Notes: a model not told the origin generated them from the letters alone. 63,537 nucleotides of DNA, filler included, from Saprolegnia diclina VS20 (GCF_000281045.1; 7 parts of 2 records of this genome joined end to end with filler, not necessarily neighbours in it), one strand, 5' to 3'. Positions 1 to 12,685 are shown, counted from the whole stretch's first letter. Made by a program: numbers and translations.

Positions 1-322
1 CGTCGACGAGCGCAGTCGCAAGGCTGAGATGCGCCAAAGCGATCGTCACGTCGGCAGACAAGTGAGCAACGAGCGGTCGCAGCTGACGTGCTACTGTCGC
101 CTCCCAGGCGGCATCCATCGAAACGCGGTGTGGAGGGACGTTGACGCCGACACGATCGCGGGTCTCGTCGAATACGTCGTTGGCCGTGTCACAGTGCATG
201 GGCCAAACCACCTCGACATCGTCCAGAGCAACGACCGGTACGGAAATCAACCCGTCGAGCGCCGGCGGCGGGCTATCTGGCGCGACGTGCAGCCCGCGTT
301 GGTAGGCGAGGTCGTGGTACAT
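1..322 (-). CDS. Hypothetical protein, 3' end runs off the window (MYHDLAYQRGLHVAPDSPPPALDGLISVPVVALDDVEVVWPMHCDTAND...)
   Basis: Manual translation of the minus strand gives a stop-free frame from ATG 322 to base 1 with coding-like GC3 usage; not in the supplied ORF track because it has no stop in the window. True start may be an upstream exon. Confidence 0.5.
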   Translation of the reverse strand, partial: MYHDLAYQRGLHVAPDSPPPALDGLISVPVVALDDVEVVWPMHCDTANDVFDETRDRVGVNVPPHRVSMDAAWEATVARQLRPLVAHLSADVTIALAHLSLATALVD

Positions 323-1911
323 GTGGATGCTTGGACGAGCGTTGTGTTGTGACCGAAAGGCTACGGGTCTTCAACGAGTATCCCTGTCGTTGTGGTCAGT
401 ACATTAGGGTCATGGTATCAACAAGGGTCAATAGAAAGTATCAACTCGCCTTCATTCGACGCACGACCCCTGCGTCACTGCGTGTCACTGCTTGCGATCT
501 TCGCATCGTCGCGCGACCGGATGCCTTCTCCTGCGACTGCAAAACAACGACAGTGTCCACCAACGACATGCCATAGCGACGGTCGACTCGTTCACGGAAA
601 AACGCAGACGACGTAACCGCCCAAACCAAGTCAAAGCGATGTGAGTACGTGGCAACACCAGCGGTTTGCATACGATGACGTGGCAGCACCAGAGACGTTT
701 GCTCTGATGGCGTGTCAATGTGAAGTGGGGCAGTCGAAGCAACTCGCAAGAAGCGACGAGCCGATCTCCAAGGCTCGTGGTGAGGACCTACACTGCGGTC
801 CAATGACGCTGTCATGGCCACAGCCACACTCGTTCTGCTGCAATTATCGTCACATGCGATCTGTATCTGCTGAGAGGCGCCAAGGAGTGATGTGGTCATG
901 CACCCTTGTCCTGGGCACTCTCCGACAACTCTTCTACACCAACATTTGTCCCATCAACAACCGGATGGGACATTGTATTCTAAGCTGCACTCATGCGCCG
1001 AGTGGGGTGCATCGAAATGGGACAAAGGTATCTCCCATCGATAACCGGATGGGACATGGAATTGCTGCGTTTGAGCTTGCCACCTTGATATGCTCGTCGT
1101 CGCCCCCAAACCAGCCTGTGCCTATTCCCCTCCAACGTGTACTACTACGCTACTACTATGGCTCTCAACCAACGCAAGCGAGCGACAGCCGCCCGGTAGG
1201 GATGGCAGAGCCCGTGGGCCGAATGCTGCGGTCTCCCAACGCCAGCGCAGCGCTAGGGCTACTCCGACCCGGCGGCTGTGCGGCCCGCTGCAAAATGAGA
1301 AATGAATTCGATGGGTTTTTGCGTGTAAAGGCGTCAACTTGTAAAAGCTCGTTGGAGAAACACACAGTTCCAAACGTAGGTAGATTGCCGCCCTGTCGCT
1401 CTGAGGTGCAGAGCAGCGACTGCTACGACTCGCTCATGCACAAGTCGCAGGACCATGCGATGTAGCTCGGTGTTTTAGGGAGCCGTAGGTCGCGCAAGAG
1501 AGCTGCGTCGATGGTGAGCTGGCGCTTGGACGCAAGAATAGGCTACCAAGACTACCGAGTGCACTAAAGACGGTTCTCTGTCGACCTACGACACTCTCAG
1601 CGATGACATAATGCGGATCCCAAGAGAACGTAAATGATGTCGCGGACGAGGCTCGAACCCGAGCTAAAGACGTCGGCGGCTTCGAGACCGCGCAAGACCC
1701 CCATGAAAGGCCGCACGTTGGCTGTTGCCGTCTGAAACGGCGCCACTCAAACCGGTTCACTTTCTCACAAACAAATGCACTCTCAAAAGAGCAGAGTGGA
1801 CTGACTATTAGTACGTGTAGCGTGCAAACTCGGCTTTAACGAATTCTTCAAGCGCATTGAGTTTAGATTGTTCTCCGAGAAAATGGGAAATCGAGCATTC
1901 GACTTGCTTGA

Positions 1912-3088
1912 TCACGAGGATGGCTCGTCGATCTTGCCGAGAAGATGGTCGACAACGTCGCCAAGAGCTGCCGAAAGGAGAGCAGACGGCGCCAACATGC
2001 AGACACGGGGCAGTACACCGCGAAAGAACGCGCGGCCACCTTCTGCTTTGTGGATCTGGCGCGCAGCGTCGCAGAACCCTTTGTACTGAAGGGCCAAGGG
2101 CTGCTGAGCTATGGGTACTGTCGAGAGCGTTTGCGTCTGGAGTCGCGTGCGAATCACATCATCGGTGTTGTAAGTGCAGCCGCCTATTGGTTCCGATGAT
2201 ATACGTGTCAGAGGAAAGAGACAGAGAATTTTCGGACGTACTACAGCGAGGCTGCCGGCAATAATCACCTTCGACGTCGATTCTTGCTCTTCCTCTGGTA
2301 ACGTTATATACGAACACTGGTAACAACATATCGTGGTTGTCGCCATGCCCATCAGTCTAGAATGTTGCATGAGCTGCGGATGCTCGAGCGTCTGTGGTGA
2401 TGTGGTCTGCACATCCCAACGACGGTCGTGGCGTGCCCCAGTACAACTGTAGGCTGTAGGGAATAGAAACGCAGTATAGGCAGTATGCTGTGCGAAGATA
2501 AACAGAGTCAAATATACCCGGAACACCGCACATTGCGTCCACGGCGACGACCACTTCACGACACGTCCACGTACACCAACGGAGCCATCATGGCGACTGA
2601 CGTGGGGAGGCCGCGGTAGAAGCCATGGAGCCCCTCGTCTCGCAGAATCTACAAGCCAAAAGCTTTGTGAGCTCAAAAGGCAGTGCTTTTCTTGGGGTAC
2701 CGAACGCATGCAGTCGGTGGCGCTGGCATAGCGGCCGAGTTGCATGCGCTGTTTGACCACCTACGAAACGAGAGCGACGTCAACACCTTCTCCGACTGTG
2801 GCGTGCAGCACCTCCATGGGTGTCATCACGATCTCATTGCCGAGCAAAGTGATGGCTGCGAGACCCGTAATGCGTGCCATGATCTGTGTGTCGACGGTGC
2901 CGTCTTCGTTCTCGATGTTGATGTTGTCAAAGTCACCGGCATTGTTGACAGCGCACCCGAGCACAGTCGCGGGCAGCGTCGCTGCGAGCACCGGACTTAT
3001 CCCTCGAAAGAGGCCTCGCGACGCCACGAGGCGCGTAAACGCCATTGGCGTAGCGAGGGCCGGACTCGTTTGTATCGACGTCTACCAT
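1912..3088 (-). pseudogene. Mitochondrial carrier (SLC25, mitoferrin-like) pseudogene or badly sequenced gene
   Basis: Carrier signatures across exons: RGLFRGISPVL, TPME|VVKQRMQLG, ILRDEGLHGFYRGLPTSVAM, DVIRTRLQTQ, YKGFCDAARQIHKAEGGRAFFRGVLPRV. Frameshift inside the last Px[DE]xx[KR] motif near 2160 (ACA CCG ATG ATG TGA) and a probable one near 3045. Confidence 0.75.
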
Positions 3089-4044
3089 GGCCACTTGGTT
3101 TGTGCGTGTTGTTGGACTGACAGACACATTTGCTTTTGTATTGGTAAAGTTGACATAAGTTTCATGCCAGAAACAGTGTCGAATTTACGTTTTGGGTGAT
3201 CAAAGCCGGCGCTCCGGGACCAGCTGCAAAAGCCGGATGGCGCACTGTGGGACCAGCTTGGTGACGCATCGCCCTTTGAACCGCACTATGATTCGTCGAA
3301 AAGAGCGACTTGGAGAGCCTCCAATTGGCTGGCAAAAATATTTTTCGATTGGTCAAAACTACTAGGCACAGTGAGCACGCATAGGCTGCCTTGAGGATTT
3401 TGTGATTCGTCGAAAGGGTATATCGTGGAGTCTGCGAGTGGCCTCGATAGAAACTCCATCATTCGTCAGATCGCACAAAGCGTACGTGTACACTGACTGA
3501 CCAGTACTATTGTTATAAGAGTCAACCATATATGCTCTGGTGTGGGNNNNNNNNNNNNNNNNNNNNNNNNNNNNNNNNNNNNNNNNNNNNNNNNNNNNNN
3601 NNNNNNNNNNNNNNNNNNNNNNNNNNNNNNNNNNNNNNNNNNNNNNNNNNNNNNNNNNNNNNNNNNNNNNNNNNNNNNNNNNNNNNNNNNNNNNNNNNNN
3701 NNNNNNNNNNNNNNNNNNNNNNNNNNNNNNNNNNNNNNNNNNNNNNNNNNNNNNNNNNNNNNNNNNNNNNNNNNNNNNNNNNNNNNNNNNNNNNNNNNNN
3801 NNNNNNNNNNNNNNNNNNNNNNNNNNNNNNNNNNNNNNNNNNNNNNNNNNNNNNNNNNNNNNNNNNNNNNNNNNNNNNNNNNNNNNNNNNNNNNNNNNNN
3901 NNNNNNNNNNNNNNNNNNNNNNNNNNNNNNNNNNNNNNNNNNNNNNNNNNNNNNNNNNNNNNNNNNNNNNNNNNNNNNNNNNNNNNNNNNNNNNNNNNNN
4001 NNNNNNNNNNNNNNNNNNNNNNNNNNNNNNNNNNNNNNNNNNNN

Positions 4045-4265
4045 CAGCACTTCGTGGTACTTGGGCAGCACCTCATGGTACTTGGGCAGCACTTCGTGGT
4101 ACTTGGACAGCACTTCGTGGTACTTGGGCAGAACGTAGTCGTGGCGAGCAGCCATAGTCGTGGCGAACAGCCATAGTCGTGGCGAACAGCACTTTGTGGT
4201 ACTTGGGCAGCACTTCGTGGTACTTGGACAGCACGTAGTCGTGGTGGGCAGCACGTTGTAGTAGC
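4045..4265. repeat. Minisatellite of 21-bp (CAGCACTTCGTGGTACTTGGG) and 19-20-bp (CAGCCATAGTCGTGGCGAA-like) units
   Basis: About 11 units all starting CAG, read directly; array abuts the N gap ending at 4044. Confidence 0.9.
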
Positions 4266-4619
4266 AAGTCATCGAGGTCGAGGAGCCGTGGGCCGCGACT
4301 CCACCATACCTTTGGAGCGATGCACCATGCACGGGGCGAGGTGCTCGTTGTGGCGCAAAACGAGAAATGGCTCCGCGGAGAGACGGCAACAAATTGGTTG
4401 GTGCCAAGAGATTTATGTTTCAATAAAATCACATACAAAACGCCTGTCGACGTGGTGATTTAAAATGCAATACGACAATTTGTCCAGGCCAACAGTGCTT
4501 TCATCGCATCTGATTGGTTACTGTGAATGGTCAACACATTCTGATTGGTAGGGTGGGTCAATGGTGTACAGAGCAAGAGGCTTTGCCCTATTATTTCGCG
4601 CTTCCAGCATGAACTCGCA

Positions 4620-5575
4620 ATGGGGGCTGACTACCGGTACATGGAGACCGCGCACTGCCATGCACCGCCACGCACTAGGTATACTGTTTATGTTCCTCGA
4701 AGGCCCAACATAGATATCCCCACAATACTCAAACAAGGCCCATTCCGGGAACAGAAAAGATGGCTGCCACGGAACGTTCCATCTCGCTCGAGCAATGGAC
4801 GCCAAACGTGGCGGCCTTAACGGACGAATAAAGCGTGTATTCTACTACGATACGAGTGCGTGTACGACGGATCAGTTGCCGATTGAACGTGGAAATGAAC
4901 GCTCCAGGATTGCCAGGTGAGCGTGGTGTTTGCTAGAGGCCTAGTAGCAACATCGCTCTTAGTTGCGAAAGCCATCTACACCCTGCAGTCCAAAAGCCTG
5001 AAGAGATACTACGCCCACCTGTCCAAACTCTGCTCTGCGGCTTCTCCAAGCGACGAATTGCTTTCTACCTTTACGGCCGAGGTCGCCAACGTCGTACGGA
5101 ATTTAGCGGCGAGCCAAAAGGCAAAAGCCTACGTGTGGGCCTTGGTTGAAGGACTGCACAAAGGTATCGCTATCTTGTAATTGGTTTTGTCCTGAACGCA
5201 CATGTACACAACTAGACGCCGAGTTCTACGACCTTTGTACTGTTGTCGGCACTATTTCCGCATTCTACTCCGACATGGAAACCCTCGGAGACCTTTTCAT
5301 GGGTATGCTTCTCAATATGAAAGATATTAGATGTTTGGTGTTTGCACTGACAGCAACGAACGATAGCACGATTGCCTTGGATCTTTCCATTGAGCCAAAC
5401 TATGGTGGACAGCGAAGACATGCGCGTCTTGCACCCTCAAAACGTGACGTCCAAGCGGTCGATTCAGCGCAGAGTGTCAACTGCAATCAAGGCCGTTTCG
5501 GACCTGAGTCGCGGATCTGGCGGGATTTGCGTGGTATGGAAACTGATTTATAGAGGTCATTACTCTGCAATGTGA
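4620..5575 (+). CDS. Possible multi-exon hypothetical protein (boundaries uncertain)
   Basis: GT..AG intron-like segments near 4917-4962, 5164-5214 and 5303-5353 join helical protein-like frames (VAKAIYTLQSKSLKRYYAHLSKLC...; DAEFYDLCTVVGTISAFYSDMETLGDLFM). No family recognised. Confidence 0.3.
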
Positions 5576-5855
5576 CTACATAGCTGACCTTCATCAACAG
5601 GTCCAAGGATATGGTGGTCTTGAGGACAACCCACCCGTCCCCACTGGAAGGTCGTTGGGGTACGTCGTCCACAAGTTGCTCGGCGAGGTCACCAAAGTCG
5701 TACATTCGGTGGGCATCCCATTGCACTCGATGACAGCACGCTATTGTCATTTTAATTTTATATCCCCGTCATCAACGAAAGTATGAACACCACGCCACGC
5801 CGCCCACACCAAAATGGATCCCGTCACACGCCGCGGACCACTGAGAGCGACCGAC

Positions 5856-6063
5856 CACCGAGAGGCCTTGAACAGACATGACCGTAGCGCCACCGTCCAA
5901 ATGCCGCTGTTGATAAACTTGATCACGCTCCGCGCGCTTTAGGCTCCCATCGCGCGCGACAAACCCGCTCGTAGCGACACAATCACCGAGAGGTCTTGGA
6001 CAGCCATGGCCGTAGCGCCACCGTCCACGTGTTGTCGCTCTTGGTCGGGCTCCGCGCGCTTCA
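5856..6063. repeat. Diverged direct repeat, two ~80-85 bp copies about 128 bp apart
   Basis: CACCGAGAGG.CTTG.ACAG.CATG.CCGTAGCGCCACCGTCCA...CTCCGCGCGCTT at 5856 and 5984. Confidence 0.8.
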
Positions 6064-6389
6064 GTCCTTCTGCCGCCTTGAAGCTTGGCGAGACTAAAGT
6101 TAACTTTGTGGTGGCTTCCGCAGTGCAACGCAAACAACGCAGCGAGGGGAGAGCCATCTCCCAGGAAGCAGGCAGTTGTATTGTGTTACGCCACGAAGGC
6201 AGATTGGGAACTGAGACTATGGAGGCCAGCGTTGTGGATAGAACGATAGGTTGTGCCGGATGAGACCTTCGTCAAGAGGCTCTATGATGGGTCACTACCG
6301 TTTAGGGTCGCTACCGGACATCATCCGTATATGGCACCTAAGCACTATCCTATCTACACCACGCACACAAACTACCAAGACTCTAGGCT

Positions 6390-7608
6390 ACTCGCTTCCT
6401 GGAGTCATAACTCTCCAGCGATACACGCTTGCATCGGCCTGGCATGGCTTGACCGAACCAGACACAACACAATACAACACCCCTAAGTGTTTCGTTAGTT
6501 GTCATCCTCACATCTACTGGTCGATTACTTACCCGGCTTCACGACGACGAAAGTACTTTGTCGAAGAAGTTGACCAAAACGCAGCTCGTGCGATAGTGCG
6601 GGTGGTGTAGGGCCGGCGTCGTCTTCTCCGGTGCCGACACCCAAGTCCACGAAGATATCGTCTTCCGGCTCGCTGTCTCGGCGTGGCGCAGAAGCGCGAG
6701 CTTCTGGATATGGACTGAGCTGTATCGAGAAGCCACGTGCCGCGCAATGGTCGGCGTAGATTTTGTCGTTCATTTGCTTTAAGGCGCGATCGACCAGATA
6801 TTGCCGCGCCAGACGTGCGCGCACCTGTGCTGCGGCATCGTTGTTCCGCTTCTTTCTCTTCGCCACGGGCGGTCTCTGATCGCCAGGATTCATCTCGAGT
6901 GCCACGAGGAAACAGAAATATAGTATGGAAGGCTTGCGTACGTTTCACTGCACCAACGACCGACCAGCCACACCTTGTTCCGTCGCGGCAAAACGTGGGG
7001 CCACCACAGCTCGCCACGCCTGCAAAAGATCCATGCACCGCAACAGCAGTAGCCCCATAAGGTATGGCATATGACACCCTATCGTAAATTCGACACTGTT
7101 TTTGGCACGAAACAAGTCTCGTAAAGTTGGACTTGCAGCCATCACAACCCGTTCAAATTGACAGGGCTGTAGCGATGGCGCTGGCCAATCACCGCTCCGC
7201 CGTCTGTTGCATCGTCACGATCTCATAGAAAGGAGCTACGCTCCTAGGCCCTTGCAACCAAATGTATAATTCAAGGGCAAATGAGATCTCTTGCATGTTT
7301 ATACACTTGCTTACAACCGAGAAGGCATGATCGATCGACACATAAAGTACAGGAATTACGTCCAGTCGAACGTCCTCTTTTCGAATGGCCATTACGAGGA
7401 CCGGCTATAAGGTACTAGTACTGACAGACTCGTTTTTCACGTTGTGGGCGTGCGTCTGTAGTGTCGGTGGGAAATCCAAAGTGCTGCGACACAAAGCTTG
7501 TCGTTCTGCGCCATGACGATAAGCTCCTTGAGCTCGTTGACGTTCTTGAGGAGCGTCTTAAAAGACGGGGCGAGATCGGCGTCGAGCGCACGTGGTAGCG
7601 TCGTCATT
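6390..7608 (-). CDS. Possible intron-rich hypothetical gene or remnant
   Basis: Protein-like frames MTTLPRALDADLAPSFKTLLKNVNELKELIVMAQNDK (~7608) and 6525-6905, the latter ending at a GTAAGT donor with a CTAAC...TAG acceptor near 6483. Full model not reconstructable. Confidence 0.3.
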
Positions 7609-7773
7609 GGGCGGCCGGGCTACGCTGCAGCGCCGGAGCGTCCAGCGTACTCTCGCAGCGCGCGGCCCACTGCAGCGTAAATACGGTGTGAATATGTCAA
7701 GGTCATTTGACCTCCAGCAACCGGCGGCATGTGGTGATTGGTGTAACCGCTGTCGGTGTCGACGGTTGAAGAC

Positions 7774-10512
7774 ATGGCACAAGCCCTCGGCGAGTCCATC
7801 TCGCTCAATCTCGTCGAGTCTTTTGCACTCAATGGACATCGTTCGACGACGGCTCTCAATGCAAGCACCGATGTACACCTTGTCCTTTCATGCGATGTAC
7901 TCAACTCCATCAAGCAGGGGCCCGCGACCTTCACAGCCTACCGGTTCATTCCCAACGTCGCCTTGTTCAGCGGCCGCGTACGTATTCTCTCGACACTGCA
8001 GTAGCATCTCAAGTGGTGACTTTATGAGGACCATGTCTAGAGCGATGGAAAGCTCCTCAAGTGGTCCCACGCGCCCAAAGGTTGTCTCTTGCTGCACGTA
8101 CTACATCGATATAAAGACAGCAACATCAGCTAAGTGCGTAGGGCGACGTCTTTGGCGACCATGCAGGCGCGGTCATGGTGCTCGAGTATCTCGCGCTCTC
8201 GGACAAGACCGGGATTCTCTTTAGCGGGTCGGCCGACCGCACCATCAAGGTGCACAACTTCTTTTCCTTCTCCAAATGCTCATGCATGAATAGCTCTGGG
8301 ACGCAACCTCGACCGCATCCCTCGAAGCTGGCTGTGTTCAGACGTTGAATGGTCACGGTGGCACGATCACCGTGCTGCGAATGGCTGGAAGCACACTCCT
8401 CAGCGGCAGCCTCGACCGCACGATCAAAGTCTGGACACGCGATAAGGACCGCGTGCTCTTGCGTCACCCGTGGTTCATGTGCATGCAAACGCTCTCGACC
8501 GGCGGCAGGTTTACCTCATATTCATTTCACTTCTACAGGACAAATCTCACTTCTCTCGCTAATGTAGCTGGCCCACGGCAGTATGCTTGAGGCTCGGCGA
8601 TGTCACGTCCATGTACCTCGGAGACTCGTCCGGTGGGCTCTCTGTCTACACTGCATCTGTGCGCCTCGGATTCTGTATTTTGTTTGGGGGTCTTATGTCG
8701 TTGTAGAGTCGGTATTTGGACCGCCAGGTCGAGGGCGCGGAAGGGCAGCTAAAGCTCAAACGGCTCTACTCGCATTTACACACACTTGGTATCACAACCG
8801 TGCTCGTCATTTCCGAACAGGTTCTTAGCATGACTGCAGTGTACACTATACTATGGCTTAGAATCTGCTGGTGACACTGGGCTTTGACGACAAGGCGCAG
8901 CTCTGTGACGCGACCTCGGGTGTGATTGCAATTACGATCGACAATGCACCGCAACACTGCCGGTTCCGAAGCTGCGACTGGGACAAAGTGCACCGCGAGC
9001 TCTTCTTTGTCGACGATGCGGGTGTCTTGAGCATCTGGAGTCTCGACAGCGAGACATGCATCAAGCGCGACGTGCTTAGCGTCCCAGCGACCAACGTCTC
9101 GGTGTTTACCGGGTATGTCCCTCTGACATTTCTCCTTCTTTTTCTAGACATATATATTTTGTAGCTCGAGCGGTGGCTACCTCATGGTGCAAGGCGCGTC
9201 ATCCGCAGCCAAGTTTCGAATCGTGCGCGACGCCACGTACATCGAGTGCCAAGGGCACACAGACGCCGTCATTGCGGTCGTTGCGATCGTCCCTGACGAG
9301 GGGTCCTATGTCCATACATCGGGAGCCACGGTCTTCTCTGCGTCGCTCGACAATACCCTCCGCTGCTGGGATCCGTACGACCTGCACGTCTTGTATGGGT
9401 ACGCTCGCTCGTTTTAGGGGTAGGGGTTCACGTAGGGTTAGGTTTCAAGAAAAAGCCTCCGAATTGAGCGCCATGGCGTACTCACCCATGCACCACCGGC
9501 TCCTCACTGGCAGCGACGACGGCACACTCAAGCAGTGGAACGTCGACAACGGCCATTACTCGGCGGTCTCGCAACACAAGAACACGATTAGCTGTATCAC
9601 TGGTACGTCGTAGCGGGAAAACTAATGCATCTGGGAAACCATCACATCTGGTACTAGTGGCAGCCGTCGATGGCATCGAGTATGTGTTTACGGGCGACTA
9701 CAATGGGGTCTTTTGGATCTGGGAAATGATGACGGGGCACGCGCCGCCGCTTCCCCACTGTGGGGTCCAGACAAAGGAGCGGGCAACGCCATGCGAGCTC
9801 TACTGCATGGCTTTCAACCACGGCCTGTACTTGCCCGCCGCGCACGCCGAGTACCTTGCGATTGGCGACAGCCACGGCGACATTATGGTACGAAAAGACG
9901 ATACGTTTTAGATGAGAATGTGTCCACACTAGCTCTACGGATTCGATAATCAGCGGCTCATGATCACGCTGAGCAACCACCATGATGCGGTGACGTGCCT
10001 CGCTTTTGACGGCAGCTTTCTCTTCTCGGGCTCGGAAGATGCGAGCATCAAGATTTGGAATGTGCTGGATCCGCATGCAGCGTACGAAGTCGGGTACCTT
10101 CACGCCCATGCGTCGCCGGTTCGGGACTTGGTTGTTTTGCCGCAAACCGGCTACGTCGTCTCGTGCGCCCATGACGGCAAGGTGCGCGTCTGGAACTACC
10201 AGGTCTGCGGCCCCAACGGCGAGTACGCAACGCTCGTCCACGAGTTTCGGTGCGTTGTATCAGTTGCGCAAGCTCGGGTGCCACCTCTGGTTGTAGAAAG
10301 CCAGAACGTCTTCACTGTTTGGTCTACTGGCCGCAACGACACGCGCTGGTTTGTGGCACAAGTGACGCGAACGTGCTCGTCTTTGACGTCCCTTCTCACG
10401 TACGCTTTAACAAATATTTGATCAATTTCTTCTGAATTATGAACCGCTTTCGTAGCTCACCACCGCCGTTCCTTCGACAAACGATGTTCAAGTTGATAAC
10501 TCGAAACAATGA
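7774..10512 (+). CDS. Multi-exon WD40-repeat protein
   Basis: Many GH...WD-like repeats: HAGAVMVLEY..ILFSGSADRTIK, GHGGTITVLRMAGSTLLSGSLDRTIKVW, GHTDAVIAV..SASLDNTLRCWD, LLTGSDDGTLKQWN, HHDAVTCLAFDGSFLFSGSEDASIKIWN. Stop TGA 10510-10512 after last intron; start tentative. Confidence 0.85.
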
Positions 10513-10625
10513 CAATGTTCTGGTGNNNNNNNNNNNNNNNNNNNNNNNNNNNNNNNNNNNNNNNNNNNNTTAATTAATTAANNNNNNNNNNNNNNNNNNN
10601 NNNNNNNNNNNNNNNNNNNNNNNNN

Positions 10626-11255
10626 ACCAAAGTTGGAAATGTCGTTGCCAGAGTAGTCGGTGTTCCATTCGGGCTTGCCGCACGTTCGACCAACGATCGG
10701 CAACGGCGTCGACGTCGGCGTCGGCGTCGTGCCTGCCTTCTTGGCCGAGATGACACCCGGCGCCGCCTTGCGCCCGGCGTCCGACGACTTGAGGTAGCAG
10801 ATCCCGTCCGCAAGCGAAAACGCGTTGCAGCCATCCGCTTTGGCGCAGGCGTCGCAGCAAGCCTTTGTCTGGTCGGCCTGGCTGCCCGACACGAGCTGCT
10901 TGGAGAGGTCGTTGCCGTAGTAGTCGACGTTACTTTCGGGCGCCGAGCACGTACCGACGGGCGCCGGCGTGCGCGACATGAGCACCGACGTGGCACCATT
11001 CAACGGTTTACGGTTGCCGCCGCCCGACTTGAGGTAGCAGACGTTGTTGGCAAGCGTGTACGCAACGCACGAGCTGTTGCCGGTGCAGCCATCGCAGCAC
11101 TGCTTGAGCATGTTGTTAAAGTCGCCGGTTGTCGCAAAGTTGCCGACGTCGTCGCCGTAGTAGTCGGTGTTCCACTCGGGTGCGCCGCAGGTCCGGGCGT
11201 GGATCGCCGTGATGGCCATCGTTGCCAAAAGCGCAGTCGTCGCAAGAGGTTGCAT
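10626..11255 (-). CDS. Secreted PAN/Apple-domain repeat protein (3' end lost in gap)
   Basis: Signal peptide MQPLATTALLATMAITAIHA, then repeats C..E.NTDY.G.D...CC..C.....C.A.TL....CYLKS separated by Thr/Pro linkers, as in oomycete PAN/CBEL-type proteins. Confidence 0.88.
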
Positions 11256-11277
11256 CGGGTGTAGTTGTAGTGGTGGT

Positions 11278-11292
11278 AAAATGGAAAATGAG
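11278..11292 (-). promoter_or_regulatory. Oomycete INR+FPR core promoter (CTCATTTTCCATTTT)
   Basis: Matches TCATTYBNNNWTTY about 23 bp upstream of the PAN gene ATG. Confidence 0.75.
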
Positions 11293-12685
11293 GTTGGTTG
11301 TGAGGGTGGCGCGACGCCTCGGGGTCGCAACGAGCGGCGCAGCGATCAGGTTGCACTCGCCACACCCACCCACATCAAGGCCGCCGTGTCGGTCGTTGTG
11401 CCACAGTAGCCATGCGACCGACCGCACCAAGTACAAAGACGCGCGGCCCAGGCGCGCGCGTCGTCGTTTCGACACTTGCCCACATTGCATGTATGTCACA
11501 TTGCACTTTGTGTTATGGTTGAAAATAGTATAAGGTAAGACACTCACACTTGGACGCGCTACTTGTCATTGCCAGTAAACTCGCTACAGCCCCACAGAAG
11601 TACATACTATGGACTCGTGAGCTCCACCCACCCACGACGCGAATCTCAACTGTCCCTTGCATTTCAAAGCTTCTCCGGCTGCCACGTTTCACCATCTGGT
11701 GCAGGAAAGGCCGACGTGCTGCCACGCAATACTGAGAAACGGACCAATCAGAACGACCAGCGGCCACCAAAGATACATGTTGGGGTCACATTTTGGTTTG
11801 ACGTGGCGGAAACGCAGTAGGTGGAGTCGATACGTTACNNNNNNNNNNNNNNNNNNNNNNNNNNNNNNNNNNNNNNNNNNNNNNNNNNNNNNNNNNNNNN
11901 NNNNNNNNNNNNNNNNNNNNNNNNNNNNNNNNNNNNNNNNNNNNNNNNNNNNNNNNNNNNNNNNNNNNNNNNNNNNNNNNNNNNNNNNNNNNNNNNNNNN
12001 NNNNNNNNNNNNNNNNNNNNNNNNNNNNNNNNNNNNNNNNNNNNNNNNNNNNNNNNNNNNNNNNNNNNNNNNNNNNNNNNNNNNNNNNNNNNNNNNNNNN
12101 NNNNNNNNNNNNNNNNNNNNNNNNNNNNNNNNNNNNNNNNNNNNNNNNNNNNNNNNNNNNNNNNNNNNNNNNNNNNNNNNNNNNNNNNNNNNNNNNNNNN
12201 NNNNNNNNNNNNNNNNNNNNNNNNNNNNNNNNNNNNNNNNNNNNNNNNNNNNNNNNNNNNNNNNNNNNNNNNNNNNNNNNNNNNNNNNNNNNNNNNNNNN
12301 NNNNNNNNNNNNNNNNNNNNNNNNNNNNNNNNNNNNNNNNNNNNNNNNNNNNNNNNNNNNNNNNNNNNNNNNNNNNNNNNNNNNNNNNNNNNNNNNNNNN
12401 NNNNNNNNNNNNNNNNNNNNNNNNNNNNNNNNNNNNNNNNNNNNNNNNNNNNNNNNNNNNNNNNNNNNNNNNNNNNNNNNNNNNNNNNNNNNNNNNNNNN
12501 NNNNNNNNNNNNNNNNNNNNNNNNNNNNNNNNNNNNNNNNNNNNNNNNNNNNNNNNNNNNNNNNNNNNNNNNNNNNNNNNNNNNNNNNNNNNNNNNNGTC
12601 GCGATACGCTAGCTCCATCTGGCATTGAAACAATCATGCATATAGGCATGGGATATTGGTAGATGAATGGTCAAGCAAGTTTGAA

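Noticed and set aside
4045..4265. CRISPR-like appearance of the repeat array
   Set aside because: Units are contiguous with no unique spacers, there are no cas genes, and the context is eukaryotic.
6400..6600. Resemblance to a cyclic-nucleotide-binding domain start (LLRQSTFVVVKPGGVLYCVVSGSV)
   Set aside because: Too short, lacks the GE/R phosphate-binding cassette and hits a stop soon after.
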